A stretch of DNA of 64,000 bases from a virus, in IMG/VR virus record IMGVR_UViG_3300001097_000003, positions 1 to 64,000 of that record; one strand, given 5' to 3'. The notes under the pieces were generated by a model that saw only the letters and a list, made by a program, of their open reading frames with translations, did no database searches and had not been told where the DNA came from. This document shows, piece by piece, positions 62,628-64,000 of this stretch (position 1 is its first letter; each line of letters starts with the position of its first letter). Made by a program: the position numbers and the translations under genes.

Positions 62628-63800
62628 CTAAAGATAATCAATCCATTCCACATTAGGAATATTATAACATCTTGATTTTAACCATTTCTCTTCTTGTGTA
62701 TTCTTAACATATAAATTAAAATAATATGCTATAGTACCATTAACATTAATTCTAACAGATCTACCTAATCGTTGTATACTCTGAAGCGATTTAGAAGACC
62801 CAGCAGCACATATTCCTAGGTTTACACCCGATATATCTACCCCAGCATCTAAAGCTCTTACAGAGGTTAAAACGTTACATTTAAACGTATTATCTTTAAA
62901 GTTATTAATAGCTTCCTTCTTTTGTTTAACAGTCATCTTGCTATGATATATAACAGACTGTTTATCTAATAAGGTATCAATCTTTTCTGCAAATAATATA
63001 CTTTCACAAAATATAATACTTTTCCTATCTGGATATTTATCTAGAATAGTTTTAGTTAATTCTATTTTATTAATAGCATTATGTAGAATAGATTTTCTTT
63101 TATTAATAGCACGAAGAAATCCCATAGCCTCTTTTTTCTGATCTTGGTTATATTCAGAATCTTTTTTTAATCTATTAGCTGATTCTTGCCAAGCACTAAA
63201 TTTACCCCCAAGTATATGCTCATAATATAAATAACTATTTTGTGTCTTTTTATATATAGCAATTTCTTTTGGTGTTAATTCAACTGGAATATTATATATC
63301 ATATAATTAGATATATAACCTTCTCGTAAAGCCTCTTCTAATGTAATTTCATCTATTATAGGAGCTTTCTCTAAGATTAATCTGTGCCTACCATCAGATC
63401 TCTCTAATGTTGCTGTTAATCCGAGTATAGCTTTATATTCTATAATATTAAATACATTAAACCAATAATCTGCTCCTGCTGTATGAACTTCATCAATTAT
63501 TAATAAATCACAAGATACTACAGTTTTAGAAGCTGTGTTTATAACTAAAACTTTTACTTTAAGATTAAAAGATAATAATACTTCTTCCCATTGTTGTTTT
63601 AAATATATTGTAGGTACAACAACTAAAATATTAGCTTCTGGTTTTTTATTTAATACTCTTTTAATAGCTAATATTCCTATAAAAGTCTTACCAGAGCCTG
63701 TTACAGCTTTAACAATACCTTTATAGGAACTTTTAGCCCATTTATCAACAATTTCTTGTTGTCTTTTTAATCTTTTTTCATCTAATTTAATTTTAATTAT
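62628..63800 (-). CDS. SF2 DEAD/DEAH-box (DEVH) helicase; coordinates are the stop-to-stop open frame and the true start is unresolved
   Basis: The track lists only the C-terminal half, from the ATG at 63302. The same frame is open up to 63800 and encodes motif I AVTGSGKTFIG, motif II LLIIDEVHT and motif III LGLTATLERSDG. The C-terminal half has motif VI QRLGRSVR. There is no in-frame ATG, GTG or TTG upstream of motif I. Confidence 0.75.
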   Translation of the reverse strand: MIKIKLDEKRLKRQQEIVDKWAKSSYKGIVKAVTGSGKTFIGILAIKRVLNKKPEANILVVVPTIYLKQQWEEVLLSFNLKVKVLVINTASKTVVSCDLLIIDEVHTAGADYWFNVFNIIEYKAILGLTATLERSDGRHRLILEKAPIIDEITLEEALREGYISNYMIYNIPVELTPKEIAIYKKTQNSYLYYEHILGGKFSAWQESANRLKKDSEYNQDQKKEAMGFLRAINKRKSILHNAINKIELTKTILDKYPDRKSIIFCESILFAEKIDTLLDKQSVIYHSKMTVKQKKEAINNFKDNTFKCNVLTSVRALDAGVDISGVNLGICAAGSSKSLQSIQRLGRSVRINVNGTIAYYFNLYVKNTQEEKWLKSRCYNIPNVEWIDYL

Positions 63801-63825
63801 TTATACCTCTTACTCTTTCTATTGT

Positions 63826-64000
63826 TTAGAGTATGTACATCCTATTTAATATTTTTTCAGTATTGTTTGGAAAAAATTCTTCTACTAAATTATATTTAAA
63901 CAGATCCATACTTGCTCTAGATACATTACCTACGATTCCGTATGCAAATTTTGTAGTCGCTTTACTATAAGCTTCGGAACGTCTCATAAAATCTTTAAGT
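63826..64000 (-). CDS. 3' end of an ORF entering from the right edge (partial, unknown)
   Basis: The minus-strand frame is open from the window edge to TAA at 63828-63826 (...MRRSEAYSKATTKFAYGIVGNVSRASMDLFKYNLVEEFFPNNTEKILNRMYIL*). Confidence 0.4.
   Translation of the reverse strand, partial: LKDFMRRSEAYSKATTKFAYGIVGNVSRASMDLFKYNLVEEFFPNNTEKILNRMYIL

Noticed and set aside
63535-63726. Plus-strand ORF 63535-63726.
   Set aside because: It is antisense to the helicase N-terminal half, which carries clear GSGKT and DEVH motifs on the minus strand.
1-64000. Searched by eye for CRISPR arrays, tRNA or rRNA genes, integrase or att sites, reverse transcriptase (DGR), and stop-codon recoding of the kind reported in some crAss-like lineages.
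   Set aside because: No spaced direct repeats were seen. Every intergenic gap is under about 100 nt apart from the intron region. No integrase or RT motifs were seen. The very long late ORFs are intact in the standard code, so recoding is not needed to explain this window.

Overview
The window looks like one contiguous piece of a visibly AT-rich, tightly packed dsDNA phage genome. No integrase, tRNA, rRNA or CRISPR array is visible. There are two convergent gene arms that meet at a hairpin near 46.5 kb.

Plus-strand arm (1-46502), virion module: large terminase, portal, scaffold-like protein, major capsid protein, a 1407-aa tail fibre, an embedded lysis cassette, and a 1765-aa tail or adhesin protein. 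It ends with a run of very large ORFs (638, 563, 3934 and 1408 aa). The 3934-aa ORF carries a beta-prime-like double-psi beta-barrel 'ADFDID' motif. Together with the gene order, this points to a crAss-like (Crassvirales-type) phage with a virion-packaged RNA polymerase and ejected cargo proteins.

Minus-strand arm (46553-64000), replication and nucleotide-metabolism module:
- SF2 helicase
- class II RNR-like protein
- DnaB-like helicase
- RecT/Redbeta-like annealing protein
- SSB-like protein ending in DDDLPF
- DnaG-type primase
- RusA-like resolvase
- FEN/5'-3' exonuclease
- three metallophosphoesterases
- MazG-like protein
- many small ORFs

Several intergenic sites match the Bacteroidota sigma-A promoter form TTTG-N19-20-TAnnTTTG, which suggests a Bacteroidota (Flavobacteriia-like) host.

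Most notable observations:
1. The giant fused RNAP/zincin ORF and its neighbouring HExxH plus transmembrane giant.
2. A group I intron with recognisable P/Q/R/S core elements, a P1 U.G pair and a P10 pairing. It carries an I-TevI-like GIY-YIG homing endonuclease and splits the annealing-protein gene.
3. A tail fibre whose C-terminal two thirds switch to foreign codon usage and contain near-identical nucleotide repeats.
4. An SF2 helicase whose only nearby ATG is out of frame, just ahead of an A6 tract.
5. A lysis cassette with a unimolecular-spanin-like protein, sitting inside the structural arm.

All functional calls rest on motifs read by eye and on synteny. No database search was run.
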